Of a stretch of DNA of 64,000 bases, positions 28,482 through 38,308 are shown piece by piece (position 1 is the stretch's first letter; each line of letters opens with the position of its first letter). The stretch comes from Clostridia bacterium. Lineage in GTDB: Bacteria; Bacillota; Clostridia; UBA1381; UMGS1253. Position numbers and translations under genes: made by a program. The stretch lies in assembly GCA_045652745.1 (NCBI GenBank), contig JAZRUW010000015.1, positions 3,120 through 67,119 on the forward strand, read 5' to 3'. Under the pieces are notes generated by a model. That model searched no databases. It saw nothing but the letters and a program-made list of their open reading frames with translations, and was not told the DNA's origin.

Positions 28482-29430
28482 CCTCCCTTTTATTAAACAT
28501 CACTGCCGTTACATACTGCTGAATCATCTGGACTACGTTGGAAACGATCCAGTAAAGACCAATACCCGACGGAAGGGTATACGAGAAGAATAAACTCATC
28601 AGCGGCATCATAATGGTCATGGATTTATTCATTTGTGCAGAGGTATCCTCCGCCTGCGCAGTTGCAGTCTGTGTTTTTTGTTTATTTTGGGTCATCTTTG
28701 CCAAAATCCAACTGGTCACGCCGGCCAAAACCGGAATAGCCAGAAGCGGTAAGGTCGTCCATACGGTTTCCATCGGAATCGGGGCCCCGCCGAAGAGAAA
28801 GCTCCAAATCGGGAATTCGCTCGGATATCTCGACAAATCAAGACCGAGGAAATTAAAGTTGACTTTCCAATCAGCAAACTGTGTGTAACCCATCTCGGCC
28901 AGCTTCGCCGCGAAACTACTCATTTCAATCTGGAAATTGTTTGCAAGCGTTTCCATGGTGGAGCCGAGGAACGTATTGCCTGCTTTTTCTGCCAGTTCCG
29001 GAATACCCTTTACAATGCGCTGTAAGTCAAGCACTTTGTTGATGTTTTCCGGTGCATTAAAGTTTACGCCGCGCATGAATGAAAGCGGCATACGCAATAC
29101 CTGGTAAAGACCGATAATGAGCGGGAACTGAATGAGCATCGGCAGACAACCCGCAGTCGGGGAAGCGCCGTTTTCTTTGTAGAGCTTCATGAGTTCCTGG
29201 CTCTGCTTTTCCTTGTCATGCGCATACTTTTTTTGAATCTCCTGCATCAACGGCTGGAGCTTCTGCTGTTTGAGCATTGCCTTTTGCGATTTGATGTTCA
29301 AAGGCAAAATCAAAAGTTTAATAAGTACGGTAAAAGCAATGAGTGCAAGACCGTAGTTTTGAATGAAGGTATACAGCACCTGCAAAATCCAACCCATTGG
29401 GCGGAAAATTAAAATCGAAAACAAATTCAT
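28432..29430 (-). CDS. yidC: membrane protein insertase YidC
   Basis: Motifs LLILPLNIKSQKAM, GCLPMLIQFPLIIGLYQ and LYWIVSN are present. RBS GAGGT. Confidence 0.9.
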   Translation of the reverse strand: MNLFSILIFRPMGWILQVLYTFIQNYGLALIAFTVLIKLLILPLNIKSQKAMLKQQKLQPLMQEIQKKYAHDKEKQSQELMKLYKENGASPTAGCLPMLIQFPLIIGLYQVLRMPLSFMRGVNFNAPENINKVLDLQRIVKGIPELAEKAGNTFLGSTMETLANNFQIEMSSFAAKLAEMGYTQFADWKVNFNFLGLDLSRYPSEFPIWSFLFGGAPIPMETVWTTLPLLAIPVLAGVTSWILAKMTQNKQKTQTATAQAEDTSAQMNKSMTIMMPLMSLFFSYTLPSGIGLYWIVSNVVQMIQQYVTAVMFNKREDEIVVIDTIKKNRKNR

Positions 29431-29460
29431 AGTCGTACCTCACACATAGATTGTAATAGG

Positions 29461-29685
29461 TCATTTCTTTTTCGGCGGCACAGGGTCATATCCGCCTCGG
29501 CTGAAAGGGTTACAGCGCAAAATGCGCCGGATTGCCAGCAAAAGTCCGCAGAAAACGCCGTGCGTTTCTATGGCTTCGTAGGCATAAGCCGAGCAGGTCG
29601 GAATATATTTACATGTAGCTTGTCCCTTGTTCGGGGAGATATACTTTCGGTACATGCGAATGCACCAAAGAAAAGTCCTTTTCAT
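29461..29685 (-). CDS. yidD: membrane protein insertion efficiency factor YidD
   Basis: ATG at 29685 follows GAAAGG. Motifs YRKYISP..C.Y.PTCS.YA..A and [12 protein letters not shown] are present. Confidence 0.85.
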   Translation of the reverse strand: MKRTFLWCIRMYRKYISPNKGQATCKYIPTCSAYAYEAIETHGVFCGLLLAIRRILRCNPFSRGGYDPVPPKKK

Positions 29686-29722
29686 ATAAGTACCTTTCAA
29701 GCAAAATAAGGGGACTGATAAA

Positions 29723-30061
29723 TCATTCCCCGATAATGCCGCTTTTTTTCAGCAAATAACTTAAGTCGCGCCCGATTTTTTCGAAATCCGCATCCGCGGC
29801 ACGGTTGCGCGCAACCAAAACCATATTGTAGCCGATGTGCATCTCATTTTCGCGCAAACGATAGCATTCGCGGATGAGCCGTCGCACGCGGTTGCGGACA
29901 ACCGCCTTGCCGAGTTTTTTGGTTACGGTAATGCCGAGAACATTTTTTTCGAGCTTATTCTTTTGATAATACAGGACCAAATACCCTGCCGCGATGGATT
30001 TACCGCGGCTGTATAGCCGCTTGAAATCGCGGTTGTATTTCATCGAAATCGTATAGTTCAT
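29723..30061 (-). CDS. rnpA: ribonuclease P protein component
   Basis: Basic 112-aa protein with the [17 protein letters not shown] motif, located between rpmH and yidD. Confidence 0.9.
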   Translation of the reverse strand: MNYTISMKYNRDFKRLYSRGKSIAAGYLVLYYQKNKLEKNVLGITVTKKLGKAVVRNRVRRLIRECYRLRENEMHIGYNMVLVARNRAADADFEKIGRDLSYLLKKSGIIGE

Positions 30062-30113
30062 CGTTTCACCGCCAAAAACATCTAACTACAAGAAAAGACC
30101 ACAAAGTGGCCTT

Positions 30114-30248
30114 TTACGCTGACAATCTTTTTCTACCTTTGAGTCTTCTTCTAGCCAGAACCTTTCTGCCGTTAGCAGTGCTCATTCTTTTTCTGAAGCC
30201 GTGTACCTTGCTTCTCTGTCTCTTTTTAGGTTGGTATGTTCTAAGCAT
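30114..30248 (-). CDS. rpmH: 50S ribosomal protein L34
   Basis: [55 protein letters not shown]. The track ORF is N-terminally over-extended. Confidence 0.95.
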   Translation of the reverse strand: MLRTYQPKKRQRSKVHGFRKRMSTANGRKVLARRRLKGRKRLSA

Positions 30249-30346
30249 GTTTGCACCTCCTGCCGAATCTTTCGTTTCTATGGAAAGCGCGTGTGCGCAC
30301 TCCGTCTTTGGTAAAACGTTCAAATTTGAACGCGAATACGTTTAAT

Positions 30347-30375
30347 ATTATACCGCCATGCGGAGAAAATGTCAA
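30347..30375 (-). promoter_or_regulatory. sigma-A promoter of rpmH operon
   Basis: On the minus strand: TTGACA (30375-30370), 17-nt spacer, TATAAT (30352-30347). Confidence 0.7.
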
Positions 30376-30506
30376 GTATTTTTTGCATAGAATGAGGAAA
30401 AAATTTCTTTGCGCAATTTCTTGTGGTCGCGCACTTTAAAAGCGCAAGATTTAGTCTTTAAGTTTATTCCACAGGCCGATAAATAACTTTGCGCACACGG
30501 AAATGA

Positions 30507-31238
30507 TTACAATGCCGGCTTAAAACTCGGCATCAGTTCGAGCTTAAACAAATTCATCTTATGCTTGCGGTCGATGATTGCTTTTTTATCGGCATCGGCG
30601 ATTTCGCCCGTGCGGATGTATATGTCCAATTCGGCATAGGTAAAGCCGAGATTTTCTTCGTCCGTCTTACCGCAAAGGCCGTCAATCGGTGTTTTTTCTA
30701 CGAGCACGTCCGGCAAGCCTAAGAGGTGGCCGATTTGCTTGATTTCCGTTACGGTCAGGTGCGAGAGCGGTGAAAAGTCGCCCGCGGCATCGCCGTAGCG
30801 TGTAGAGTAGCCTACCCAGTCCTCCGAGAGGTTGCAGGTATTGCACACGCGGCCGTTGTTGGACTGGCCTACGGCATAGAGCGTTGCCATACGGATGCGT
30901 GGCGGAATGTTTTGCTTCGTCTGCGCCGTAATTTCAAAATCCGACGGCATTGCAGAAAGCAGCCCGTCAACTGCCGCCCTGATGTTGATTTTGTAGTGGC
31001 GGATGCCGAGGTGGTTTACTAAAAGCTCGGCCATATCAATATCGTGCTGTACGCCGCACGGCATCAAAACGCCGATGACGCGGTCGCGTCCGAGCGCTTC
31101 TACGCACAGTGCCGCGGCAATAGAGGAGTCTTTGCCGCCGGAAATGCCGACGATGGCATTACAGCCCTTGCCGTTTTCTTCAAAGAAATTTCGAATCCAT
31201 TCTACACATTCGTTTTTTACTTTTTCTGCATTAAACAT
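30507..31238 (-). CDS. nadE: ammonia-dependent NAD+ synthetase
   Basis: PP-loop motif GISGGKDSS. Length 243 aa. RBS GGGAGG. Confidence 0.9.
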   Translation of the reverse strand: MFNAEKVKNECVEWIRNFFEENGKGCNAIVGISGGKDSSIAAALCVEALGRDRVIGVLMPCGVQHDIDMAELLVNHLGIRHYKINIRAAVDGLLSAMPSDFEITAQTKQNIPPRIRMATLYAVGQSNNGRVCNTCNLSEDWVGYSTRYGDAAGDFSPLSHLTVTEIKQIGHLLGLPDVLVEKTPIDGLCGKTDEENLGFTYAELDIYIRTGEIADADKKAIIDRKHKMNLFKLELMPSFKPAL

Positions 31239-31385
31239 AGTTTAGCCTCCCGAAAAGCATATCAAAAGTTTAGGCTTTAAATCAATTTCTGCAAATAGTA
31301 TAACACAGTCTTTGAAAAAAGAAAAGAGGAGATTGCTTTTTGTAAAACAGAAAAAGCAACCATCATACGATGATTGCTTTTTTCT

Positions 31386-31463
<78 letters not shown>

Positions 31464-31541
31464 ATATTGTTCGCTCTTGCGACTATGACAGTATAGCACA
31501 CATTTTTTCATTTGTAAAGCCTTTTTTGAAAATTTGATGAT

Positions 31542-31823
31542 TTATATGTTTTCAGTATGTTCGTTTAATGCATTTTTATACCGTAAATATTTTTCACGTG
31601 TGGCCATGCCGCCGCGGATGTGGCGCTCTTCTTTGTTGTTTTCCAGCACGGCCGCTACTGCTCTGTGCAGTGTGGAATTTATATGCATCAGTCGCTCGGT
31701 AACATCTTTATGTACGGTTGATTTAGAAACGCCGAAGCGCGCGGCGGTTTCACGCACAGTGGCCTTGTTTTCGACGATGTATTCGGCGAGAATTTTCACG
31801 CGTCGGCAAATATATGCATTCAT
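31542..31823 (-). CDS. spoIIID: sporulation transcriptional regulator SpoIIID
   Basis: 93 aa with the HTH segment ATVRETAARFGVSKSTVHKDV and the C-terminal basic segment GGMATREKY. Confidence 0.9.
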   Translation of the reverse strand: MNAYICRRVKILAEYIVENKATVRETAARFGVSKSTVHKDVTERLMHINSTLHRAVAAVLENNKEERHIRGGMATREKYLRYKNALNEHTENI

Positions 31824-31891
31824 TTTTGTCCCCCGAAATCCTAGTTGTTACATCTATATGCAATGTAAGCGGGGAATAGAAGAAGAGTTAC

Positions 31892-31927
31892 AAAAAAGGT
31901 ATCTTCACGGATGGAAGATACCTTTTT
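31892..31927. terminator. bidirectional terminator (3' of pfp)
   Basis: AAAAAGGTATCTTC/GAAGATACCTTTTT. Confidence 0.8.
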
Positions 31928-31937
31928 AAGTTTCAAA

Positions 31938-33602
31938 TTATTCTTTTTCGAGTGCCAGCGTTTTGGTGGTGATGTCGCAAACCTCAGCCGGACCGTAGTA
32001 CTGAATTGCACCCGGATACAGGTAAGCGGTTTCTACAGCCCAAGTCTCTCTGTTGGCTTCGAAGAACTTGAACGGCTTACCGTCGAGCTCAACGAGCGCC
32101 TTTTTGATAACCGGTTTGTCTTCGCCGTGTCTTCTTTCAATGTTCATCATCTTGGTAATCGGCATACCGCCTGCAACCCACTCGTCTGCCGGCTTGGACA
32201 GGTTGGAAATCTTGGAAAGATAACCGTTGTAGCCGTACTGGATGAGCATGAATGCATTGTAGCCCAAGGAGTAGCAGTAGTCCGCATCAAAATTGGACGG
32301 GAATGCGCATCTGCCTTCGTAACCGAAGAAGTGATGCTGTGCGGAGAACTTGCCTTTGTATGTGCCTGCAGCCTTTCTCGCGGCAAGATTGTCTGCAACG
32401 AGTGCGGAGAAGAGCTTTTCGGAGTCGATTAAGGATACCTGAACATTACCGTGCGGGTCTCTTTCGAGGAAGAGCTGCTGTTGGATGCTCTGCGGCAGGA
32501 TAGCAAATACTTCCCAAGAGGCTGCGGAGAGACCTTCCTTAATAAATGCGCTCTTTTCATCCCAAGTCGGGAGTGCGTTGAAGGCTTCAGCCTTCTTGCC
32601 TGCGAGCAATTCGTTGATTTCTGCAATCAATGCGGAGAATTCCGGAACAAATTCCACAACACCTTCCGGAATGATAGCCACACCGAAGTTCATGCCGTTT
32701 GCGGCTCTCTTTTCAACGGAGTCTGCGATATAGTCGGCAATCTGGGAAAGGGACATCTTCTTTTCGGCAACTTCCTCGGAAACAAGGCAGATGTTCGGCT
32801 GTGTCCTGAGTGCACACTCAAGGGCAACGTGGGAAGCGGAACGACCCATTACCTTAATGAAGTGCCAGTATTTTTTCGCAGAGTTTGCGTCTCTTTGAAT
32901 ATTACCGATGAGTTCGCTGTATGTCTTTGTAGCGGTATCAAAACCGAAGGAGCATTCAATGTCTTCGTTTTTGAGGTCGCCGTCGATGGTCTTCGGGCAA
33001 CCGATTACCTGTACGCCGGTGTTGTGTGCGGCAAAGTATTCAGCCAGCACTGCGGCGTTGGTGTTGGAGTCGTCACCGCCGATGATAACGACTGCAGTGA
33101 TTCCATGCTTTTTGCAAACCTCGGCAACAACGGCAAACTGCTCGTTGGTTTCGAGCTTTGTTCTGCCGGAACCGATGATATCAAAACCGCCGGTGTTTCT
33201 GTATGCATCAATGTATGCATCGTCAAAAATAATATAGTTGTCTTCCAAAAGACCGCTCGGGCCGCCCTTGAAGCCGTAGAGCTCGTTTGCCGGGTTGGTG
33301 GACTTTAATGCGTCGTAGAGACCGCAAACAACATTGTGTCCGCCCGGAGCCTGACCGCCGGAGAGGATGACACCGACCTTCTGTACTTTTGCTGCAGAAG
33401 TGTTTTCGCCTTTTTGGAAAATGATTTCCTTTTTACCGTAGGTGTTCGGGAACAGCGCCGCGATTTTTTCGCAGTCTGCTGCGCTTGTGGTAGCTGCACC
33501 TTCCGAAACTGCGATTTCCGCGATGCCGTTTCTCAGCATTTTCGGCAGTTTTGGTTCATATGCATATCTCGCCTTCTGTAACGGTGAATATTCCATGTTC
33601 AT
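31938..33602 (-). CDS. pfp: diphosphate--fructose-6-phosphate 1-phosphotransferase (PPi-PFK, long type)
   Basis: 554 aa. GGDDSNTNA (Asp where ATP-dependent PFKs have Gly) and PKTIDGDLK are present. Confidence 0.9.
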   Translation of the reverse strand: MNMEYSPLQKARYAYEPKLPKMLRNGIAEIAVSEGAATTSAADCEKIAALFPNTYGKKEIIFQKGENTSAAKVQKVGVILSGGQAPGGHNVVCGLYDALKSTNPANELYGFKGGPSGLLEDNYIIFDDAYIDAYRNTGGFDIIGSGRTKLETNEQFAVVAEVCKKHGITAVVIIGGDDSNTNAAVLAEYFAAHNTGVQVIGCPKTIDGDLKNEDIECSFGFDTATKTYSELIGNIQRDANSAKKYWHFIKVMGRSASHVALECALRTQPNICLVSEEVAEKKMSLSQIADYIADSVEKRAANGMNFGVAIIPEGVVEFVPEFSALIAEINELLAGKKAEAFNALPTWDEKSAFIKEGLSAASWEVFAILPQSIQQQLFLERDPHGNVQVSLIDSEKLFSALVADNLAARKAAGTYKGKFSAQHHFFGYEGRCAFPSNFDADYCYSLGYNAFMLIQYGYNGYLSKISNLSKPADEWVAGGMPITKMMNIERRHGEDKPVIKKALVELDGKPFKFFEANRETWAVETAYLYPGAIQYYGPAEVCDITTKTLALEKE

Positions 33603-33681
33603 TACTCCTTACTGTTGTTTTCTGTTTTTCAACATCTCTCGTAGTATACCACAATCGTTTGTAAATGTAAAGCGGAATTGT

Positions 33682-34860
33682 TTAAAATTTCACAAACCAT
33701 TTTGCAAATTTGCGCACAATTTTAAACGGTGTACGTTCGAGTTCTTTTTGTGCATCCGCTAATTTTTCGCGGATGGGGATGCCCTGCGGACAGTGCTGTT
33801 CGCATTTGCCGCACCCGATGCAGTTGCAGGCTGCGGTGGAGGTTTTTCGCAGGGTGGTGCACATAATGTATTCCTTTGTGCCGGCAAACCAACCCTCGCT
33901 GTGGAGGCGGTTGTACGCCGCGAAGGTGCCGGGAATATCGACGTTTTTCGGGCAGGGGACACAGTAGCCGCAACCCGTACAGCCGACCTTCATTTTTGCA
34001 TTGATGGTGGCGCTGACCGAGTGCAGCATCGCCTCATCCTCTGCGGTCAGTTCTCCGACCTTGGCGTCGGAGGCGGTCGCTAAATTATCTTCAACCATTT
34101 CGAGCGAATTCATACCCGACAGCACACAGGTAACCTCCGGCTGATTAAACAGCCAGCGAAACGCCCATTGGGCAGGCGTATGCTTAACGGTGTGTGTTTC
34201 AAAGATGCGCTTTGCTTCTTCGGGCAGGCGGCTGACGAGCTTGCCGCCGCGCAACGGCTCCATAATCATCACGGGGATGCCCTTGGCGTTTGCGTATTTA
34301 AGGCCGCGCTTGCCGGCCTGCGAATGTTCGTCCATATAGTTGTATTGAATCATACAGAAATCCCAGTCATAGGCATCGACTAAGCGGCAAAACATTTCGG
34401 TGTTGCCGTGGTAGGAAAAGCCGATTTGGCGGATTTGTCCTGCGGCCTTCTTTTCTTCGAGCCACTTATCTACGCCGAGCGATTTCATGCGTTCCCAAGC
34501 ATCAATGTCCGTGAGCATATGCATCAGATAGTAGTCCACATAATCCGTGCGCAGGCGGCGCAGTTCTTCATTAAACAGTTTTTCCGCGGCCTCGCGGCTT
34601 TTGATTAAATAGTGCGGCAATTTGGTCGCAATATTTAAATTTTTGCGGATGCCGTTTTTTTCAAAAATTTCACCGATGAGCGCTTCGCTGCCCGGATAGA
34701 TATAGGCGGTATCAAAATAATTTACACCACCATTGTAAGCGGCTAAAATCTCCCGCTCCGCTTTGTCGAAATCGGTCTTGCCGAGTTTGGTCGTAAATCG
34801 CATACAGCCAAAGCCGAGCACGGATAAGTCATTTCCGTATTTGTCCTTGCGGTATTGCAT
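33682..34860 (-). CDS. aldo/keto reductase with C-terminal 4Fe-4S ferredoxin-type domain
   Basis: AKR N-terminus (LGFGCMRF..YFDTAYIY). Two Cys clusters: CTGCGYCVPCP and CIGCGKCEQHCP. Confidence 0.8.
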   Translation of the reverse strand: MQYRKDKYGNDLSVLGFGCMRFTTKLGKTDFDKAEREILAAYNGGVNYFDTAYIYPGSEALIGEIFEKNGIRKNLNIATKLPHYLIKSREAAEKLFNEELRRLRTDYVDYYLMHMLTDIDAWERMKSLGVDKWLEEKKAAGQIRQIGFSYHGNTEMFCRLVDAYDWDFCMIQYNYMDEHSQAGKRGLKYANAKGIPVMIMEPLRGGKLVSRLPEEAKRIFETHTVKHTPAQWAFRWLFNQPEVTCVLSGMNSLEMVEDNLATASDAKVGELTAEDEAMLHSVSATINAKMKVGCTGCGYCVPCPKNVDIPGTFAAYNRLHSEGWFAGTKEYIMCTTLRKTSTAACNCIGCGKCEQHCPQGIPIREKLADAQKELERTPFKIVRKFAKWFVKF

Positions 34861-35032
34861 AAAATCACCTCATTATTATTGTAGCATAATAAAAGAGAAA
34901 AATAAATATAAGCGTGTCAATTTTTGTTCAATATGACAAAATCCGCAAACGGAATAATTTTTCATTGATTTTTTTGTAAAAAAGTGGTATGCTATTTAGG
35001 TAGAAATTTTGAGTTAAAAGGAGTTTTGTTGT

Positions 35033-35716
35033 ATGAAAAAGTTATACGAAGGTAAAACCAAAGACGTTTACGAGTTGGAAAACGGTAACGTGATGCTCAA
35101 GTTCAAGGATGACTGCACCGGTAAAGACGGCGTATTCGATCCGGGTGAAAACAGCGTCGGCTTGAAAATCGAGGGTATCGGCAAGGCAAATCTCCGTACA
35201 TCCGTATATTATTTCGACCTTTTAAAGAAGGCCGGCATCAAGACACACTACGTAAATGCAAACGTAGAAGAGGCTGAAATGGAAGTGCTTCCGGCAACCG
35301 TATTCGGTCACGGTCTGGAAGTCATCTGCCGTTTGGTTGCGACCGGCAGCTTTATCCGCAGATACGGTGAATATATTGAAGACGGCACCGTGCTCGAAGG
35401 TGGCTATGTAGAATGCACATTTAAAAATGATGCAAAGGGCGACCCGCTCGTAACAAGCGAAGGTCTTGCAGCGCTCGGCGTAATGACCGAGGAAATGTTT
35501 GCAAGCATGAAAGAGCAGACACTCAAAATCACCAAGATTGTAGCGGACGATTTAAAGACCATCGGTCTGGATTTGTGGGACATCAAGTTCGAGTTTGGTT
35601 ACAACAACGGCGAGGTTATCTTGATTGACGAAATCGCTTCGGGCAATATGCGCGTATACAAGGGCGACAAGATTGTAGAGCCGGTTGAACTTACAAAGCT
35701 GATTTTGAACAGATAA
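35033..35716 (+). CDS. purC: phosphoribosylaminoimidazole-succinocarboxamide synthase
   Basis: N-terminus [11 protein letters not shown]. Motifs DFKFEFG and LIDEI are present. Confidence 0.9.
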   Translation: MKKLYEGKTKDVYELENGNVMLKFKDDCTGKDGVFDPGENSVGLKIEGIGKANLRTSVYYFDLLKKAGIKTHYVNANVEEAEMEVLPATVFGHGLEVICRLVATGSFIRRYGEYIEDGTVLEGGYVECTFKNDAKGDPLVTSEGLAALGVMTEEMFASMKEQTLKITKIVADDLKTIGLDLWDIKFEFGYNNGEVILIDEIASGNMRVYKGDKIVEPVELTKLILNR

Positions 35717-35780
35717 ATAAGGGATTGTGAAAAGGGAGCAGAGATCTGCTCCTTTTTTGTGCACACATTTACACCAACAC

Positions 35781-35851
35781 TGTAGGGCAGGGGCTTGCTC
35801 CTGCCGTGCGTTTGTGCGATATTCGCGGGCGATTCGTGAATCGCCCCTACG
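35781..35851. repeat. REP-like GC-rich nested-hairpin intergenic element
   Basis: Outer stem GTAGGG...CCCTAC encloses the hairpins GGCAGG/CCTGCC and GGGCGATTC-GT-GAATCGCCC. It lies between convergent purC and the S24 peptidase gene. Confidence 0.55.
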
Positions 35852-35878
35852 AACACAAATTAAAAAAACCTTTGGTCA

Positions 35879-36301
35879 TTAAGAACAAAGGATTTTTTTT
35901 ACATACAGTTTTAATTTTTTTATCCACAAATCTTTGTATTGGCTTTTTCTTCTGGCAAATGGTTTTGGGTTGCCGTTTGCATCTTTGGCATCGACGATTT
36001 TGGCGAGCATAGCCTCCGGATAAATCGGGTACTCGATCATGTTTTCATTGTCGCCGCACAGCATATAACCACCGCGCAGTTTGCCGACGATACGGTGCAG
36101 GGTATATTTACCGCTCGGGCGCTTGTAGAAAACAACGTCGCCGATTTTTGGCTTTTTGCATGGCGCAAGCGTTATGGTATCTTTTCCGTTTTCAAAGGTC
36201 GGGAGCATACTGTCACCGAACGGGGTAAAAGAAAAAGTCTTGCCGAGGGCGAATGCGTCTTGCATACACTCGACAAGAACTTCGATATCGATGTAATCCA
36301 T
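35879..36301 (-). CDS. S24/S26-family serine peptidase (soluble, Ser/His SipW-like variant)
   Basis: ATG at 36301 lies 4 nt after the PqqD stop. Motifs FGDSMLPTF, LHRIVG (His where bacterial SPase I has Lys) and CGDNE are present. No N-terminal TM segment. Confidence 0.7.
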   Translation of the reverse strand: MDYIDIEVLVECMQDAFALGKTFSFTPFGDSMLPTFENGKDTITLAPCKKPKIGDVVFYKRPSGKYTLHRIVGKLRGGYMLCGDNENMIEYPIYPEAMLAKIVDAKDANGNPKPFARRKSQYKDLWIKKLKLYVKKILCS

Positions 36302-36305
36302 AGGC

Positions 36306-36575
36306 TTATTCTTCCTCGAGCATATTGGCATCGCGCAGCTTGGTAATAAAACGCTTCAAGTCTGCCGCCGCATAGTCACGCTCTACATTATACTCCGCCA
36401 AAAGGGCATCTAACAGTTCTGCTTCGGTAGCGCCTGCCTGCAGTTTTTCCCAAAGATATGCCGCACTGCCGGAGAGCGTAATGACACCGTTAAAGGAAAC
36501 GGTTGCATCCCCGATGGGCACAACAATCTTACTGCCGGCTACGGTTTTAAGCAGAAATCCATCTTTTAATTTCAT
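36306..36575 (-). CDS. PqqD-family (RRE-like) protein
   Basis: RBS AAGGAGGG. Sequence LSGSAAYLWEKLQAGATEAELLDALLAEYNVERDYAAADLKRFITKLRDANML fits the PqqD pattern. Confidence 0.7.
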   Translation of the reverse strand: MKLKDGFLLKTVAGSKIVVPIGDATVSFNGVITLSGSAAYLWEKLQAGATEAELLDALLAEYNVERDYAAADLKRFITKLRDANMLEEE

Positions 36576-36749
36576 ACAACATACCCTCCTTATATCAACA
36601 TGGGTACTAATTCTATATCAGTATAACAAACGGAGATTTAACTGTCAATGAATGGTAAAAGAATGTAAGGAGAATGTAAAAAACGGCTTGCTTTTCAAAG
36701 AAAAAAAGCGTACAATACAAGTATAATATACGAAGCAGGAGGTATATAT

Positions 36750-36974
36750 ATGTTTGGTTTCGGGAAAAAAGAGACAAAAACATTTTTAGTAGAGGGTATG
36801 GCCTGTCCGCGTTGCAGTGCGGCGGTGAAAACGGCGTTGGAAAAGAACAAGGGCGTAAAAGCGGAAATTGATTTGGAAAAAGGCACGGTTGCTGTAACGG
36901 CAAAGCAGGTGTCGGAAGCAACAGTCAAAGCGGTTGTGGAAGCGTGTGGTTTTACATTTAAGGGCGAAGCATAA
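36750..36974 (+). CDS. heavy-metal-associated (HMA) domain metallochaperone, CopZ-like
   Basis: GMACPRC metal-binding motif. 74 aa. RBS AGGAGG. Confidence 0.8.
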   Translation: MFGFGKKETKTFLVEGMACPRCSAAVKTALEKNKGVKAEIDLEKGTVAVTAKQVSEATVKAVVEACGFTFKGEA

Positions 36975-37010
36975 AAAATGGCTTGGGAAAATTCTCCCAA
37001 GCCATTTTTT
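36974..37010. terminator. bidirectional terminator
   Basis: AAAAAATGGCTTGGGA/TCCCAAGCCATTTTTT. Confidence 0.85.
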
Positions 37011-38193
37011 ATCTGCCTAAGCAGGTATATATTACGTTTTTGAGTCGTGGCAGATACCATTCTTCACGAGGGTTTAAGCAATGCTGTGCAAAGAATACGG
37101 CGAGATTGATTTCGCTGTCGATGATGCAGGCCGAACCTGCCGCACCGCACCACCCGAATTCGCCGAGGTTGCAGGCATGTCCGGCTTCGGTCTTTTCGAT
37201 GCATGTACGAACGCCTAGCCCGTAACCATAGCCGGTGAGCTGTTTCCAGTTCATGTATTTTCTCTGCGCTTCGGTTAAGCGGTTGGTTTTCATGAGGTCC
37301 ACGGTGTTTGGCGACAAAATGCGTTCACCGGATAAGCCCATACCTTTGTTGGCGAGCGCCGCAAGGACTTTTACGTAGTCGGAAATCGTTGTGGTAATGC
37401 CGGCACCGCCGCTGTCGTACTCACTGCCGAATACGAAGCCGGGAACTTTGCTGACTTTAATGAAATGTCCTTCTTTTGCATTGCCGTGCTTTTGTGCCTC
37501 TACGGCATTAAAATTGCTGTCGCCACCAGTTGGAACGAATCTGTACACGGATGCCATGTTGTCTGCAATGGCAGGTGTGTGATGGTACACCGTTCGGTTC
37601 ATACCGAGCGGCTCGAAGATGTTTGCATCTACGTAGTCGCGGAATTTTTTTCCGCTGACCACTTCTACCAGACAAGCGAGTACGTCGTGGCAAAAACTGT
37701 ATTGCCAGCGTGCGCCGGGTTCGAAATCGAGCGGATCTTCCGCCAACGTGCGAATGACTGTACGGGTATCCATTTTGCCGTCTGTCCGTGCGTGTGCCTT
37801 TTCGATAAACGGTGCTGTGGAGTTATAGTTAAAACCGGCAGTCATGGAAAACAAATCTCCGACCGTAATGGGGTTTTGGGCTTCCGTTAAAGTGCCGTCC
37901 GCTTGCTTAACGGACATGTGGCGAAATTCCGGCATATATTCATACACAGGGTCGTTTAGCATAAACTTGCCCTGCTCTAACAGCTGTGCACCTGCGGCGC
38001 AGGTGGTAACTTTGGAGCAGGAATAAACATTAAAATGCTCTGTGCCGCGCAGAACTTCTTTGGTTTCTAAATCGGAATAGCCTGCTTCGTAGCGGAATAC
38101 ACGTTCACCGCCGAGATATACCTGAATCGCACAACCCGGTGTGCGTTCGCGTGCCATCAGATCCATAAACTCTTTCAAATAAGTAAAATCCAT
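37009..38193 (-). CDS. beta-lactamase-fold serine hydrolase (class C / esterase family)
   Basis: SxxK motif (YSCSKVTT). ATG at 38193 follows GGAGGT; the track start at 38211 is also possible. Confidence 0.75.
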   Translation of the reverse strand: MDFTYLKEFMDLMARERTPGCAIQVYLGGERVFRYEAGYSDLETKEVLRGTEHFNVYSCSKVTTCAAGAQLLEQGKFMLNDPVYEYMPEFRHMSVKQADGTLTEAQNPITVGDLFSMTAGFNYNSTAPFIEKAHARTDGKMDTRTVIRTLAEDPLDFEPGARWQYSFCHDVLACLVEVVSGKKFRDYVDANIFEPLGMNRTVYHHTPAIADNMASVYRFVPTGGDSNFNAVEAQKHGNAKEGHFIKVSKVPGFVFGSEYDSGGAGITTTISDYVKVLAALANKGMGLSGERILSPNTVDLMKTNRLTEAQRKYMNWKQLTGYGYGLGVRTCIEKTEAGHACNLGEFGWCGAAGSACIIDSEINLAVFFAQHCLNPREEWYLPRLKNVIYTCLGR

Positions 38194-38308
38194 ATTGCTG
38201 TCAACCTCCATATATTACTTAGGTTAGTTTATCATACGGAAAAGACCTTGTCAAAGGGAATATTTTTTGGTACAATACGCTTAGAAACGTCAAAGGAGAA
38301 TTTGACTT

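Noticed and set aside
30249-30506. Region upstream of rpmH as a candidate oriC
   Set aside because: It contains only an rpmH promoter and degenerate box-like strings (e.g. TATTCCACA). No repeated DnaA boxes are present.
34861-35032. Possible PurR boxes or a purine riboswitch upstream of purC
   Set aside because: There is only a weak resemblance (AAACGGAATAAT) to a PurBox and no convincing inverted partner. No purine-riboswitch three-way junction is apparent.
35927-35935. Perfect DnaA box TTATCCACA
   Set aside because: It is a single occurrence inside the 3' end of a coding region, with no neighbouring boxes, AT-rich unwinding element or dnaA gene. One chance occurrence in 64 kb is plausible.
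36613-37060. Minus-strand ORFs (102 and 121 aa) overlapping copZ and its promoter
   Set aside because: They overlap a well-supported HMA-domain gene and a bidirectional terminator, and their translations are low-complexity.
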